64,000 nt of DNA from Mantamonas sphyraenae STR306 (lineage: Eukaryota; Protista; CRuMs), in NCBI GenBank assembly GCA_026936335.1, contig JAPMXV010000063.1:124001-188000 (forward strand), read 5' to 3'. Position numbers and translations under genes: made by a program. Shown here one piece after another: positions 43,457 through 56,005 of the stretch. The notes below the pieces were generated by a model that saw only the letters and a program-made list of their open reading frames with translations, was not told the DNA's origin and did not search any database. The stretch's first letter is position 1. Every line of letters starts with the position of its first letter.

Positions 43457-46400
43457 TTACGCCAGTTTGTTGTACAGGTCCCTGTAAATCTTGCCTTGGC
43501 GCGCCTTGCCGCGGAGATACAGCAAAGATTGGCGCAGGTAGGTGGTCTCCACCACTCCGGAATCGTACGCCAGACGGAACAGGCGCAAGGCCATCTGTGC
43601 GGCCGGCTGCGACATCTGCGCGTGCGCAAGCATGTAGTTGAACAAATCCAGGGCGCACTCCGCCTCTGCACGCAGCCTTTCCTGATCTTGCGTGTCTTCG
43701 CCAATGTCCGAGATGTGCGTCAGGATCTTGTCGAAAATGGTCTGCATGAGCTCTTCCAGCTCGTCGGCAAACGACTGATCGCCTGCGTACAGGACGTCGT
43801 TCGAGTCCACGCGCTCGACGTGGTATGGCAGCTGCGCCTGGTAGAAGGACGACAACAGCGCCAGGGTGTGCATAAAAATCTGGATCTTGGCGTCCGAGTG
43901 AGCCTTCCACTGGTAGGCTTCGACCACGTTGAGGAAGCCCCTCGTCATGTACAGCGGGCCCTGCTCCGGGTGTCCCGGCACCACCACCAGCAGCGACAGG
44001 AACGACTTGAGGAAAGTCACCAGACGAGCCTCTGTCTCAATGACCCCAATGCCCGACGGCGAAGGCATGACCGACGGCACGTCGGGCACAAGTGTAATCG
44101 CCGCTTTGAGAAACGCGTCTGCCTGCGACAGGCTCATGTTCACCAGTGACACCTGGGCACCTAGCTGGTAGAGGTAGAGACGCGAAAACACGTTGTCCAT
44201 CGACGGGATGGTGATGTAGCAGTACGCGAGGCAAGCACGCGCAAAGTTTGCCGTTTTGCGCGTGTGTTTGCCTCGCGTCAGGCTGTGCGCTTGCATGGCC
44301 AGCGAGGCCACCCCGTGCACCAGCTCTCCCTTGACTGCGTCCAAGTTGGCGTACGCCTGCCTGCAGTCCACGTAAAAACTCAGCTTGCCCTCCAAATCCG
44401 TGCCAAAGTCGATTTTGCGGATGAAAGCAATGATGAGGGCGGAGATCTGGCGGACCTCGTCCTTGAAGCTCATGGAGTTGATGGTCTCGTGGAGGGCCTT
44501 GGAGATGTCAAACATGGCCTGGATCTGCACGGGGTCAAACGTGACCTCTGCGTAGGTGCCAAAGTGTGCGAGCACGCGCTTGTACACCTCGATTTTTGTT
44601 TCGCCCTCGAGCAGGTCGAGGATGGGCATGAACTTGGACATGCTGAAGATCTTGCTAAAGTCGTGGTAGTGCACAAGCACCTTGTTGATGACAGACTGCA
44701 GCCGCTCCTGGTAGTCTTTGAAGGCCTTGTCCTTGACAACGCGCTTGTACAGGCCGGAAAGGAGGATGTTGGCATCCTTGTGGCTGAGGTAACGCAGCGG
44801 GTACTCGATGTACGTGTCTGCAATGGGCACAAACACCTCTGGGTCTGAGATCTTGTTGACAGTCTTCCACACCTGGTTGAGGATCTCGAGGCGGTCCTCT
44901 TCGGGGGGCGGCGAGAGGCACAGGTGGATCCCGAGGGTGTTGAAGAGCTCGTGCTTGGGGAAAGTATCTGTTTCCGCGTCTGCAATCAGGGTGCATAGGT
45001 TCTGTGCGTTGTTGCTAATCCAGGGCGAGGGGAAGCTCTGGATGATGGAGTTGAGGACCATGGCGTTCTTGGTGAACTTGCGGTAGTTTTTGAGCACTTG
45101 AAAAAGGATCTTCTTGGGCGACTTGTAGGCGATGCACTGGAGCATCCACTCTGCGGCAGGCTGGTACAGGGTCAGGTAGGTGTCCATGTCGCATTGCCTG
45201 CGCGCAAGGTAGCTTGAGAAGCGCGGGTGGTCGAGCTGGCGCAGGGTGAAGAGGTAGTCGTTGAAGTTGTGGACGAGGTAGTCCTTGACGTCGGGGCACA
45301 CCTGGTGGCCCTTGCGTGCAAGGTAGCAGCGAGCGTAGGCGGCCACGAGCGGGTCGCCGACGCCTCGAATCATGGAGGCGATGCGCTGCAGGGCGTTGAC
45401 GTACTCGGTGTCGGAGTAGAAGCGGTAGCACTCGAGGATAGCCAGCTCGACGTAGAGGCGAGGCAGGAGTTCGCGGATGCTTGCGATTTTGTAGAACCAG
45501 TTGCGGCAGGTCTCCTTGGCGTGGGAGTTGACCATGCTTGCGGTAAAGTCGTCGGGCAGGGGCTTTCGCTCGCCCGTGTGTGGGTTCTCGATGCTTGCGC
45601 GCGACTTGATGCGGTTGAACACGAGGGTGCCAAAGGTTTCGAGGATCTCTGTGATCAGCACAAACTGGGACGGGTAGAACTTGATGACGTCTGTGTTGCC
45701 CAGCAGCTTGGCGGCCTGGATGGCCATCTTGAGGGAGGTAACCTTGTCGTCGTGGGTCCATGCCGAGCGCAGCTCGTCGTTGAGGGACTCGATGTGTGAG
45801 ACGTACTCGTTTTGTGACAACTCCATGTACTTCTTCTCCGTGTCCTCCTTCTCTTCCAGCTGCTCCAGGCGCGACTTGACCTTGTCGACGTTGACCTTGG
45901 CTGTGTAGGCAAGGGCAAGGGGGATGGGGGGAGGTTCATGGAGGTCGGGATCGAGCGTGTGGCACGGAGGTGAGGGGAGCTGTGGCGTGAGCAAAGGGAG
46001 GGAATTTTGGGTTCGGGGCGACGGGGGTGGGGTTTGGGGCGGGCGCACAGGAAGACGGAGCAAGGAAACGTACGGTTGGCAGCCTCGTCATCGGGAATAA
46101 AGTTGACTTGGATGGCGAGGAGGTCGGAGGTGGTGTACTTGTTGAGAATGGCCGACTTGCGTGTCTTCCACGGCACAAAGTCTTCCTCGTACTCGAGCTT
46201 GGAGACGGTGTGGGCAAGGGCGGTGGCGTCTGTCACAGCCTGGACATGGTCGGCAGAGAGGGCAGCGACCCCAGTGAGTGGGGCACTGTCCTTGGCCTTG
46301 AGTGCGCTGAGAGGGTCGATGGCGTCGTTGGAGGAGGCGCCAGCCGAAGAGAGAGGGTCAAAGTCGGCGGCTGCCGAGCTGCTGCTGCTGCTGCTGCTGC

Positions 46401-46701
46401 TGCCACTGCTGCCGCCACCCAGCTGCACGCCACCACCCAGTTTCTTGGTCTTGCGCTTGCCCTTGGAGGCGCCCTTTGTGTCGCTGGAAGAGACAGCGGA
46501 GGAGGAGGAGGAGCCAGCGCCCTGGTCAGCCTCCTGGTCTGCGCCACCTTCCTCCGCCAGCTCTTCTGCAGACAGCTTCATCATGGAACGACGCAGCGGA
46601 TGGTCCTTTGTGCGACTGCCCTGCATGCTGGCAGCGACGAGTTCTGCCTCGTACTCACGTGCAATCGGGATCCAGCGCTTAGGCTTCTCCTTGCTTGGCA
46701 T
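43457..46701 (-). CDS. VPS35L: VPS35L (C16orf62), Retriever/Commander subunit; intron ~46072-45902
   Basis: 'DHPL', DPLS repeats, 'PWKTRKSAILNKYTT', 'ELSQNEYVSHIESLNDEL..AW..DDKVTSLK', 'KFYPSQFVL', 'ETCRNWFYKIASIRELLPRLYVE', 'GVGDPLVAAYARCYL'. Confidence 0.92.
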
Positions 46702-46872
46702 GTTTGCGTGGATGGGCCAGGGGGAGTGGCGGATGAACATGGACGGACGATGGCCAGGAATGGAAGGAAGGCTGATATGGAGGAGGGCAGGAGTGTGTGA
46801 GTGTGTGTGAGTGTGCGTGTGTGTGTGTGCAACAACAGGTGCATGGGTTGGCCCAGCAAAAACCCTGCGGCC

Positions 46873-49087
46873 ATGTCCTCGAACGAAGGTGAAGAAGACG
46901 TGCAGCACGATCGTGTGAATGCAACCAAGTACTACATCAAGAATTACTACGACAAGCTGTACTCGGATATCCAGCAGCGCGAACTGAGGTGAGTGGCACT
47001 CGGAAATCATGCCTGCGCAGCACACGCGGTGACGTGAATGGGCCAAAGTGGAGATACAAACGGCTGCTCTCGCCTCTGTGCATGTATATGGGTGTGAAAT
47101 GCGAGGGCGATGACATAAATGCCTTGTCGTGGCCGGAGGTGGTGCGGATGCATGTTTGCGCACTTCCTGCGCGCGCATCGAGAAGGCTCCGGACAGGCGG
47201 GCTATGGTCATCATGAGCCCAGGGTGCCGTTGATGAGCCCACATGTTCATAGCATTGGGTGGACAGGGTGGATATGTGACGCAGGAGCACAAGGAGGGGG
47301 CGGCGAGGCCGTGTCTCTCCTGTCGTGCGTTTTCCACGCGCACAAATTTGTGCGATCCCTCCTCCGCGCGGAGATGGCTGACACAGAGACACGACGGCAC
47401 GTTTGCTGCTTCCTGGGCGCACGTGGGATGTCCTGGTGCTATGTGGCGGCTGCACACACAGGCGACAGGAGCTGGAAGATGCGATGCAGCAGAGTGAACT
47501 TACGGAAGAGGAACGCGATCGGCTGCTGAGCGTGTACCTGGAGAAGGAAAGCGAGTACATGCGGCTGAAGCGCAAGAAGATGACTATTGCCGACTTTCAG
47601 ACCCTCAAGGTGATCGGCAAGGGCAGCTTTGGCGAGGTGAGTGCTTTTTGCCGAGAGCGGCCAGCTTTTCGGTTGGAGGGCGAGTTTCTCGACGACACAA
47701 CAAGAGTGTTTCCCCGCGCGATAGAGCGGTGTGCAATGGGCGCGAGCTCACTGTGGCTCACACACGCATGCAAACACATACGTTTACACACATAAACACG
47801 CGCACGCACAGGTTCGTCTCGTGAAAGACAAGGAGACGGGCGAAGTGTTTGCCCTGAAGAAAATGAGCAAAGAAGCTATGATCGAACAAAAGCAGGTGAG
47901 TGGCCACACGGGGACGGGGTAGAACGCACACCACGTGCAAACGCAACATGGGCGTGTGTTGCAGTCGCGTGCATGTGCATGTGGCGTGGCTCTGCGTGAG
48001 GGATGTGGAAAAAGGGTGGAACGTGCAGCTGTAACCCTGATCAGTTGGGCGGACGCACACTCACACGGCACGCACGGCACAACTAAAGATCAACAACATC
48101 CGCAACGAACGCGACATCATGACCATGTTCAACGACAACCCGTGGGTGGTGACACTGTACTACAGCTTCCAGGACAACGACTTTCTGTACTTTGTGATGG
48201 AGTACTACCCCGGCGGCGACCTGTGGAACCTGCTGCAGAACACAGGGCTGAGCGAGGACGAGATCCGCTTCTACTTGGCCGAGGTGGTGCTGTCCATCGA
48301 CAGCATCCACCAGATGCAGTACTTCCACCGCGATCTGAAACCGGAGAACATCCTGTTTGACCGCGACGGCCACATCAAGCTGGCAGACTTTGGCCTGTGC
48401 AAACCTGTGGGTGAACAGCACGAGCCACTGATCAACTCGCTTAAGGACAAGGAGGCGCGGGAAAAGGTGGCCAAGGCGCACGAAAACACCTCCACAAAGT
48501 ACAAAATCGACACGTGGCGCAAGCAGCGCAAGGAGATGGCCTTTTCGGTGGTGGGCACGCCTGGATACGCGGCGCCAGAGGTTATGTACGAAACGGGCTA
48601 CGGCAAGGAGTGCGACTGGTGGTCGCTGGGCGTGATGTTCTTTGAGATGCTGTTTGGGTACCATCCATTCCACGCCGACAACATCGAGGAGCTGTGCATC
48701 AATGTGCTCAACTGGAAGACGACGCTGAAGTTTCCCAGCGACATCGAGGTGACGGAGGAGGCCAAGGACATGTTGACGGGCCTGATCTGCGATGCCAAGG
48801 AGCGTCTCACCGTGGACGACATCAAGGCGCACCCGTTCTTTGAGGGAGTTCCCTGGGACGAGATCCGGTACTTGGACCCGCCGTTCATCCCACGTGTGCA
48901 GAACATCACCGACACCACGTACTTTGGCGAGTTTGCCGACGAGGAGGTCGAAGACGACGACGAGCTGAGCGAAGAGAACACCACTCCGCGCTACAAGCAG
49001 ATGGATGGCGATCAGATGGCATGGGTGGGATTCACCTACAAGAGGTTCGACGCCGTTATGGACAAGCAGACGCGCATGGATGGGTGA
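46873..49087 (+). CDS. NDR/LATS family AGC kinase; three to four introns
   Basis: Mob-binding NTR 'ATKYYIKNYYDKL...RELR...KESEYMRLKRKKM', 'IGKGSFGEV', 'HRDLKPENIL', 'DFGLC', 'AFSVVGTPGYAAPEV', hydrophobic motif 'WVGFTYKRF'. Confidence 0.93.
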
Positions 49088-49151
49088 GGAGGAGAGGAGA
49101 CAACAACAAGCCGACTGCGCCGCGGCCACCAAGAAAGCAACGTTTGAAACC

Positions 49152-49639
49152 ATGGAGAGTGTTAGTGAGTTGAACAGACGGGATGGGATGGCAGTCAACG
49201 TTGGGTTGGGTTGGATGGGTATGTGCTGACTCTTGGGATGGGTGTGTCGTTCTCTGTGTTGCGTGTGTGATTGGCACCAGACCCGCACGCTGAGCAGCAA
49301 AAGGTAGGTGCTCAATGAGCCACACCAAACGGGCCCATGTGTTGAAGGCACACACAGCCCAGGGAGGGAGGGTGGCCACGGGGTGAGTGTGTGCGTGTTT
49401 TGTGAGTGGACGAGACGCTGACGGGTGGCCGTTTGGCGGATTTTCGCGCTTTTTGGCGCGCGCACGCACAGGTCCTCATTGAGCGCATCATCATGAGCGT
49501 GGAAAAGATGAACGAGGTTGTGGACGAGGTGAACAACGAGATGGGCAAGCTGGAGCCGTATGTGGACGACATCCGAACAGTGAACGAGCTGTGGTCGCGC
49601 TACAACCGCAACGTCGACTTTCAGCTGCGCTCGCTTTGA
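49152..49639 (+). CDS. DAD4: DASH/Dam1 complex subunit Dad4; exons 49152-49164, 49281-49303, 49472-49639
   Basis: The spliced product MESVNPHAEQQKVLIERIIMSVEKMNEVVDEVNNEMGKLEPYVDDIRTVNELWSRYNRNVDFQLRSL fits the Dad4 pattern (MENPH..Q..LL.RII.NV.+LNE....N....Y..NV.F.L). Canonical GT-AG junctions. Confidence 0.78.
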
Positions 49640-49710
49640 GTGTGTGGCGCATGCATGCCAAAGGACAGGTGCGGTGACAAATGTACAAACCCGTTGATTG
49701 AACTGGCTGC

Positions 49711-51621
49711 CTAGGCAAAGCCCAGACGGCGCATCTCCCTCTCCAGCTCTTGCTCTTGGCGTCGGGTGAGCGCCATGATGCGATCATTGGCCTGCGACCG
49801 CTCCATGCCGTACTTCTCCTCCAGACGCTCACGTTGGGACTGAGACAGAGCCTGTTGCAGGGTGCGTTCGCGTTCCAACTCCTTGTTCTGTTCGACCTCG
49901 AGCACTCGCAGCAGCTCTTCGTTCTGATGACGGCGGATGTCCTCCAGGATGCGTTCGGCCTCCACCTCGCTCACACGGGGCTTCCTGCTGGTTTGGTCGA
50001 CGGTGCTGTTTGTGCTTCCGTTGCCCGTCTGCTTCTTGGCAGGGCGTCGTCGACTGTTGCCGCTCATCATTGGCTGTTCCCGTTTGATCTGCACCGTTTC
50101 CTTTTCCACGCTGTGCACCTCCTGTTCCGTCTTGCTCGGCGTTCTCGTCGACGACTTGCTTGCCGAGCCAGGTCCCGCCTGTGTGCGCGGCCCCTTGCGT
50201 GGTCCGGGGCTTGCTTTGCCGTCGCTGCCCCTGTTGTTGCGAACACTGCTCTTTGGCGTGCTGCCACTGCTTGGCCGAGTTTGCGTCTTCTGTGGCGTCT
50301 TTGATGGTGTTTTGCTCGCCGTACTGTTGCTGCCTGCTCCGCGACGCGTGCGTGGCTTGCCTGCACTCATTGGCCGATCCTGCTTGATGGAAACCGCGCC
50401 TGGGCCGCCCGTCTTGCGCACCAGTGCACTCTGTGGACGACGTTTGGAGGAGGAAGACGACGACGAGGCCGTGCCGCTGCTCCTGCGTCGCTCCTGGCCG
50501 CCGCCCTCCAGATTGTCTGTGTCGATCTCCTTCAGAGAGTTGAAAAACATGTCCGCCACCTTGTCGTCCACGTGGTTCAGCTTCTTCCTTGAGATCTTCA
50601 CTGTCTTGTTCTTCTTGATGGTTTCCACAAGTTCCAGCATCTGCTCCTTCTCCCGCTTGCTCTCGGCCGCAATCTGCTTCCGTTTCGCCACCAATTCCTC
50701 TTTCTGCTTCTTCAGCGCCTCCGCACGCTCCACCTTTTCCTCAATCTTCTTGGCCTGCATCTCTGCTTGATACTCCCGCTGTCTCTTGAGCCTGGCCAGC
50801 TTGTCCTTGCGCCTCTCCTCCTCCAGCAGCTTGGCCTTGCGTTTCTCCAGCAACTCCTTCTCCCTTGCCAACCGTGCCGCCTCCTTCTGCTCCTCCATCG
50901 CCTTGTTCCTGGCCTCCAGCTTCCGTGCCTCTGCCTCCACTCGCTCCTCTGCACGCTTCTTTGCCTCTTTCCGCTGTCGTTCGCGTTCCAGCTCCTGCTC
51001 GTGCCGCCGTGCCTCTGCCGCTTTGCGTCGCGCCTCTCGCTTCGCCAGTCGCTCCTTGGCCGCCTTTTCACGTGCCTCCAACTCCTCCAGTCGTTGCGAC
51101 TCCATTGTGTCCACCTTGTTCTTGGCCTCTCGGATCTCCCGTGCCCGTTTCTCCGCCGCCTCTCGCTCTCGTCGCCTCTCTTCACGCTTCTTTGCCTCAA
51201 ATTCACGCCGTCGCTTCTCTCGTTCCGCCTCGGTGGCTTCCAGTTGCTCCCTTTGCCGCCGTTCCTGCTCCATTTGGTGCTTGCGTGTCTGCTCCAGCCG
51301 CTTCCGCGTCTCTTCCTGCTTGCGGGCAAGCTCCTCCGCCTTGCGACGACGTGCCTCCTCCAGTTGCTGCGCACGTTCTTCGTCCTTGCGTGCCAACTCC
51401 TCCTCTCGTGCCAGAATCTGCTGTCGTTGGCGCTCCTGCATTGCTTCCAACTGCTTGCGACGCTCCTCCGCCTTTGCCAGTCGCTCCGCTTCCTGCGCCT
51501 GCCGCTCCTTCCGCTTCGCCTCGGCCTCTGCCTCCTCCTTCTTCTTCCGTTCCAGCGCCTCTTGAAAGTTGCGTGCCTCTTGCTCTCGGATGCGAGCCAG
51601 CTCAGCCTCCTGCGTCCTTCC

Positions 51622-51661
<40 letters not shown>

Positions 51662-52538
51662 CTGCTTGGTGGCCAACGTCCTCTCTCCAAAACACAACAC
51701 ACATCGAATCCCCCCCCCTCTCCCACCGTTGCCTTTTGCCCACTCCACACTACGACTCACCTCTTCCTCTTTGCGTTGCTTTTCCATCTCCAGGCGCTTT
51801 TGCTCACGCTCCTTGTTGGCCTTGCGACGTCGTTTGGCCTCCTCTTTCTCACGTCGTCGCTTGGCATCGAGCCGCGACTCCATTTGCCTCTCCTGCTTTG
51901 TGATTTGAATCTCGTGCAGCAGCATCTGTTCCAGCTCCTGTCTTTGACGCTCTTGCAACCGTGCGTTGCGCTTAGCCTCCTGTGAGATGTCCATGGGTGT
52001 CAGCAAGGCGTTTGCCAAAAAGCCACGGCCAACGGATTTCTGCGAGCCTCACCTTTTCCACCATCGACGACTCGACGTCGGCGCCCGTGGAGCCCAAAGA
52101 ATGCACACTGCTGGCAGTGGATGCAAATGACGCATTCAGGGTCTCGCTCTGTCGCTGTAGTATGGGTACGCGTGGAATGGAAGGAAAAGAGAGTGTGTGA
52201 GTGGACGATTGAAAGGGGTGCGAGGTGTGAGAAACATGACGCTTCATCGTCCCCCGTCTCTGCCACCCACACCCACGTACACGCTCTGCATCCTGCTCTT
52301 CCTGAATGATTTGCTTGCGTGCCTCGCGGATCATGCGAATCTTTTCGTGGCGCGCATCCTCGTACTGCTCGAAGCGGGCGCGTTGAAACTCGGCGTCAAA
52401 ACCGAGCGACTCAAACGCAGACACCGGTTTGAAACGCAGCTCGTCGACAAGGATTCCCTGGCGGCGACACGCCTCCACAGAACGAGGTGAGGTCAGCACC
52501 GCGTTTTTGCTTTTCGGATCAAAACTCTCGATGGACAT
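49711..52538 (-). CDS. Long E/K/R-rich coiled-coil protein of unknown function; about three introns
   Basis: Non-repetitive N-terminus 'LTSPRSVEACRRQGILVDEL', charged helical core, basic disordered region and C-terminal coiled coil. Confidence 0.72.
51623..51658. repeat. (GT)n microsatellite in an intron
   Basis: Direct dinucleotide run. Confidence 0.9.
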
Positions 52539-52590
52539 TGGCGCTTTTTGCGTGCGCTGGCGCTTGCGCTGCCACCCATCCGCGGACTGC

Positions 52591-53049
52591 ATGAGCACAC
52601 GACCCACGCTGCATGTGTACAAGCAACTGCTTCGAAAGGCCAGATTGCTGCCGGGGGGCAGAGACAAGGCACAGGCGGCCGTGGAGGAAGTGCGGCGAGA
52701 ATTTCGGAAGCACCGAAACGTTGAGGAGCCTCAGGAAGTTGCAAGACTGATGCATGTGGCTCAGGACAAGCTCAGTTACCTCAACATGATCACTCCTCGT
52801 GTGTACAGCCGCGTAGACCTCGGGTTGGCGAGTGAAAGTGCTGCCACGGGTGGCGGAAGCAGCAGCGACGGGCCTTTGGCCGCGCAGGGCAGCAGCCGCA
52901 GCTTTGTGGTGCGCGATGGCAAAGTGGTGGAGGCGGATACAGTTACAGACGAGTCGGGGCGAGTTGTCTCCGGCAATGGAGTCGATCCAGACGCGTTGAA
53001 GCGTCACCAGCGATTGCTGCGGCGCCAGCACTTTATGGACCGGAGGTGA
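52591..53049 (+). CDS. LYR-motif (Complex1_LYR) mitochondrial protein
   Basis: 'LHVYKQLLRKARLLP...VRREFRKHRN...VARLMHVAQDKLSYL'. Confidence 0.75.
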   Translation: MSTRPTLHVYKQLLRKARLLPGGRDKAQAAVEEVRREFRKHRNVEEPQEVARLMHVAQDKLSYLNMITPRVYSRVDLGLASESAATGGGSSSDGPLAAQGSSRSFVVRDGKVVEADTVTDESGRVVSGNGVDPDALKRHQRLLRRQHFMDRR

Positions 53050-53179
53050 TAGAGAGAGACAGAGAGACAGAGAGGAAATGGTTTATGAGGTAGGCGGGGT
53101 GAAGGGGAATGGTGTGGAGTTGCAAAATGGAATGTGAGCTGCGCGGAAGCGGCCAACCTGCCCTCTTTGTGCCGTTGTC

Positions 53180-54210
53180 ATGGCTCGAAAGCGAAAGCGA
53201 AAGCAGCGCATCTACTGTTACTACTGCGAACGCGACTTTAAGGATGAGGGCACACTGCTGACGCATCAGCGGGCCAAGCATTTCAAGGTAGGCGAAGTGG
53301 AGGGAGCGTTGCTGGCCACCGAGCCGCGGAGGGGTTGACACACAGACCATGCACACACACACAAACCCAAACACAGTGCCCGGTATGCCACAAGAAGCTG
53401 CAGAGTGTGACGTCGTGTGTGATCCATTTTGACAAGGTGCACAAGGAGGTGCTGAAAAGCGTGCCCGGAGCCATGGAGGGCCGCACAAGCGTGCAAGTGT
53501 CTGTGGTGGGCATGCAGGGCATTCCAGGGTCGGAAGAGTCTGGAAGCAGCGGGACTGACGCAGGCAATGGCGTGACAGACACGGGCATGGTTGAACCAGA
53601 CGTCAAACGGATGCGCACAGAGTATCAACCGCCACTCCTGGGCATGCCCAACCCCATGGGCGGCGGAATGATGCCGCCGGCTCCAATGTACGGTGGAGGC
53701 ATGGGTGCGGGCATGGGCATGGGCCCACCGCCGATGGCTCCGCCGCAGTATGGCTACGGCTACGGGTAGGTTTGTGGCAGCGGAAAGCGCGCGCCGGATG
53801 CAAGTGCTGACATAGAGGGTGCCATGGTGGCTGCCACCTCCCACAGGATGAACCCTCAGATGGGCATGCCGATGGGCATGCCAATGCATGGTGGTCCTAT
53901 GCCCATGCCCATGCAGGGGATTCCCCAGCAAGGGATGATGGGCGGCTACCCAGGGATGATGCAAGGCGCCGGCATGCAGGTCAACGGCAATGTGCAGACA
54001 CAAGCAAACACAGCCAGCAGCAGCAGCAGCAGCAGTGGTTTGGGCGCAGGTACGATCAATGGCAATGGAAGCAGCAGCAGCATCAGCGGAGGCGCAGGAG
54101 GAGAGAGTGACACGCAGAGCGCAGCAGCTGGCAAGGACACGATGGAAACAGAAGGCAGCACGCAGACGCAGGCACAGAGCCAGGGAATGGGCTCGCAGAC
54201 AACCAACACA

Positions 54211-54243
<33 letters not shown>

Positions 54244-54426
54244 GCAGGCGCAGGTGTAAACACAAGCAACGCAGAGGCGAGCAAGAGCACCCAAGACGGC
54301 GTCAAGAAGGATGGCAAGGTCGTGGTCATGGATTTTGATCCCGAGGACGAGGGCTTGTCCATGGAAGAGCTGCGCGCCATGATCTCTCGCTATTCATTCG
54401 TGGACGAAGAGGCCGACGACGAATGA
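53180..54426 (+). CDS. ZNF207: ZNF207/BuGZ/SUF4-like C2H2 zinc-finger protein; introns ~53288-53376 and ~53767-53846
   Basis: MARKRKRKQRIYCYYCERDFKDEGTLLTHQRAKHFK|CPVCHKKL...IHFDKVHKE...VPGAMEGR; Pro/Met/Gly-rich region; C-terminal 'LSMEELRA...RY'. Confidence 0.88.
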
Positions 54427-54746
54427 AGAAGCACTTCCAATTCGCGTTCCAGCGCCTGTCGTTCCAGATCAGCCAGGTGGCATTGTGCACGCAGACGATT
54501 GAGCTCGTCCTCGCCTCCATCACCCAGCTCTTGGAGCACGACAACCTCGCGAGCGTGCTCCAACACGGCACAACTCAGTTCGTGTTCAAGTTCCTGAGTC
54601 ACGCCTCGCAATTCAAGCAAACGGGCCTCTGCCTGTGCCACGAGGTCTTCCAGCTCGCCCACCTGCTGAACCCAGGCAGCGTGTGTCCGATGCAATGCCA
54701 CTGCATCGTCGTCTTGCGTTTGGATGTCGTCGTGGTCGTGGCTCAT
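54390..54746 (-). CDS. Small acidic coiled-coil ORF of unknown function
   Basis: MSHDHDDIQTQDDDAVAL...ELEDLVAQAEARLLELRGVTQELEHEL...LERQALERELEVLL; heptad pattern and coding-like composition; fills the gap between ZNF207 and LC1. Confidence 0.45.
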   Translation of the reverse strand: MSHDHDDIQTQDDDAVALHRTHAAWVQQVGELEDLVAQAEARLLELRGVTQELEHELSCAVLEHAREVVVLQELGDGGEDELNRLRAQCHLADLERQALERELEVLLHSSSASSSTNE

Positions 54747-54786
54747 GCTCAATGCGACACAGACAAACCAGCCACCTCTTGTTGAC

Positions 54787-55892
54787 ATGGTAGGTGATGC
54801 GCACCACACGGACGAATCTGCTGTGGGCAACCCACTGACATCTGGCATGCATTGCACCACCACCCGTCCCATTCCACAGAGCTCCAGTGGCCAGAAGGGT
54901 ATCCCGCTGAAGGAAGCGCTGAAGGAACTCGCAAACGAGGGCTCCAACCCCAGCGATGAGCAGGAGATCCTGTTGTACGGACACAACCCGCCCATTGACA
55001 AGATGGACAGCAGTGTGGGCCAGCTCTCGTCCTGTGTGTACGTTGTGCCTCGTCGCTGGCCCGTCGATGCTCGCCGTTGTGGCCGACCTCGATTTTGGCC
55101 GTTGGCGCCAACGTTGTTCTCTTGCGGCCTCTCACCGCCGCATGGACCCTCCTCATGCGCCGCACCGCAGCTGACACGGTCCAATTCGACTCCTACCACA
55201 GAAAATTGTCGCTGTCCACAAACAACATCAAGTCCATCGGCCCGCTGAACGGCCTCTGTACGTTTCCAGCCGGCGTGGTCGTCGCCAACTGTGCCTCACC
55301 CCTACGCGCACACACATTTGCTGACGCCGTTGCTGTGTCCCCCGTCGTCCTTCCTACACAGCCAATCTCAAAATCTTGAGCCTGGGACGCAACCTGATCA
55401 AGAAGCTGGAGAACCTGGACGCCGTCGCAGGGACGCTGGAAGAGCTGTGGATCTCCTACAACCAGATTGAGCGCCTCAACGGCATCACGCCGCTCAAGAA
55501 GCTCAAGGTGCTCTTCATGTCCAACAACCTGGTCGACAAACAGTCTGAGTTTGACCGACTCGTACGTTTTCCCTCCCAATGTTGAGCGGTGAGCCGTTGT
55601 TTTGTGCAAAAGGCTGGAGGCTGACGTTCCCCCCCTTGTCCCCATCGACCTCGTGCCTCCACAGTGTGACCTGCCCGCGTTGGAGAATCTCCTCATGCTG
55701 GGCAACCCGATCATGACGAAACAGGACGTGAAGGACTGGCGCCGCATGGTGCTGAAGAAGCTGCCGGATTTGAGGAAACTGGATGGTGACACACTGCTGG
55801 CCGATGAAGACGACATCGACGAGGACGACGTTGCGGAGTCGTCAGGCGCCGCTTCCTCTTCCTCCTCGTCGTCGTCGTCGTCCTCCAGTTGA
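54787..55892 (+). CDS. DNAL1: Axonemal outer-arm dynein light chain LC1 (LRR); four introns, first exon is ATG only
   Basis: '[12 protein letters not shown]', '[12 protein letters not shown]', '[38 protein letters not shown]', 'LKVLFMSNN', 'GNP', 'LPDLRKLDG'. Confidence 0.93.
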
Positions 55893-56005
55893 TGGGAAAG
55901 ATGGGATGCAGAACAGGACTTTTTTTGCACACGCTCTCTCCACCAACCACATTGTTTGCACACCTGTAGCATATCCACACGTGCACACACACCCGTTATT
56001 TCATT

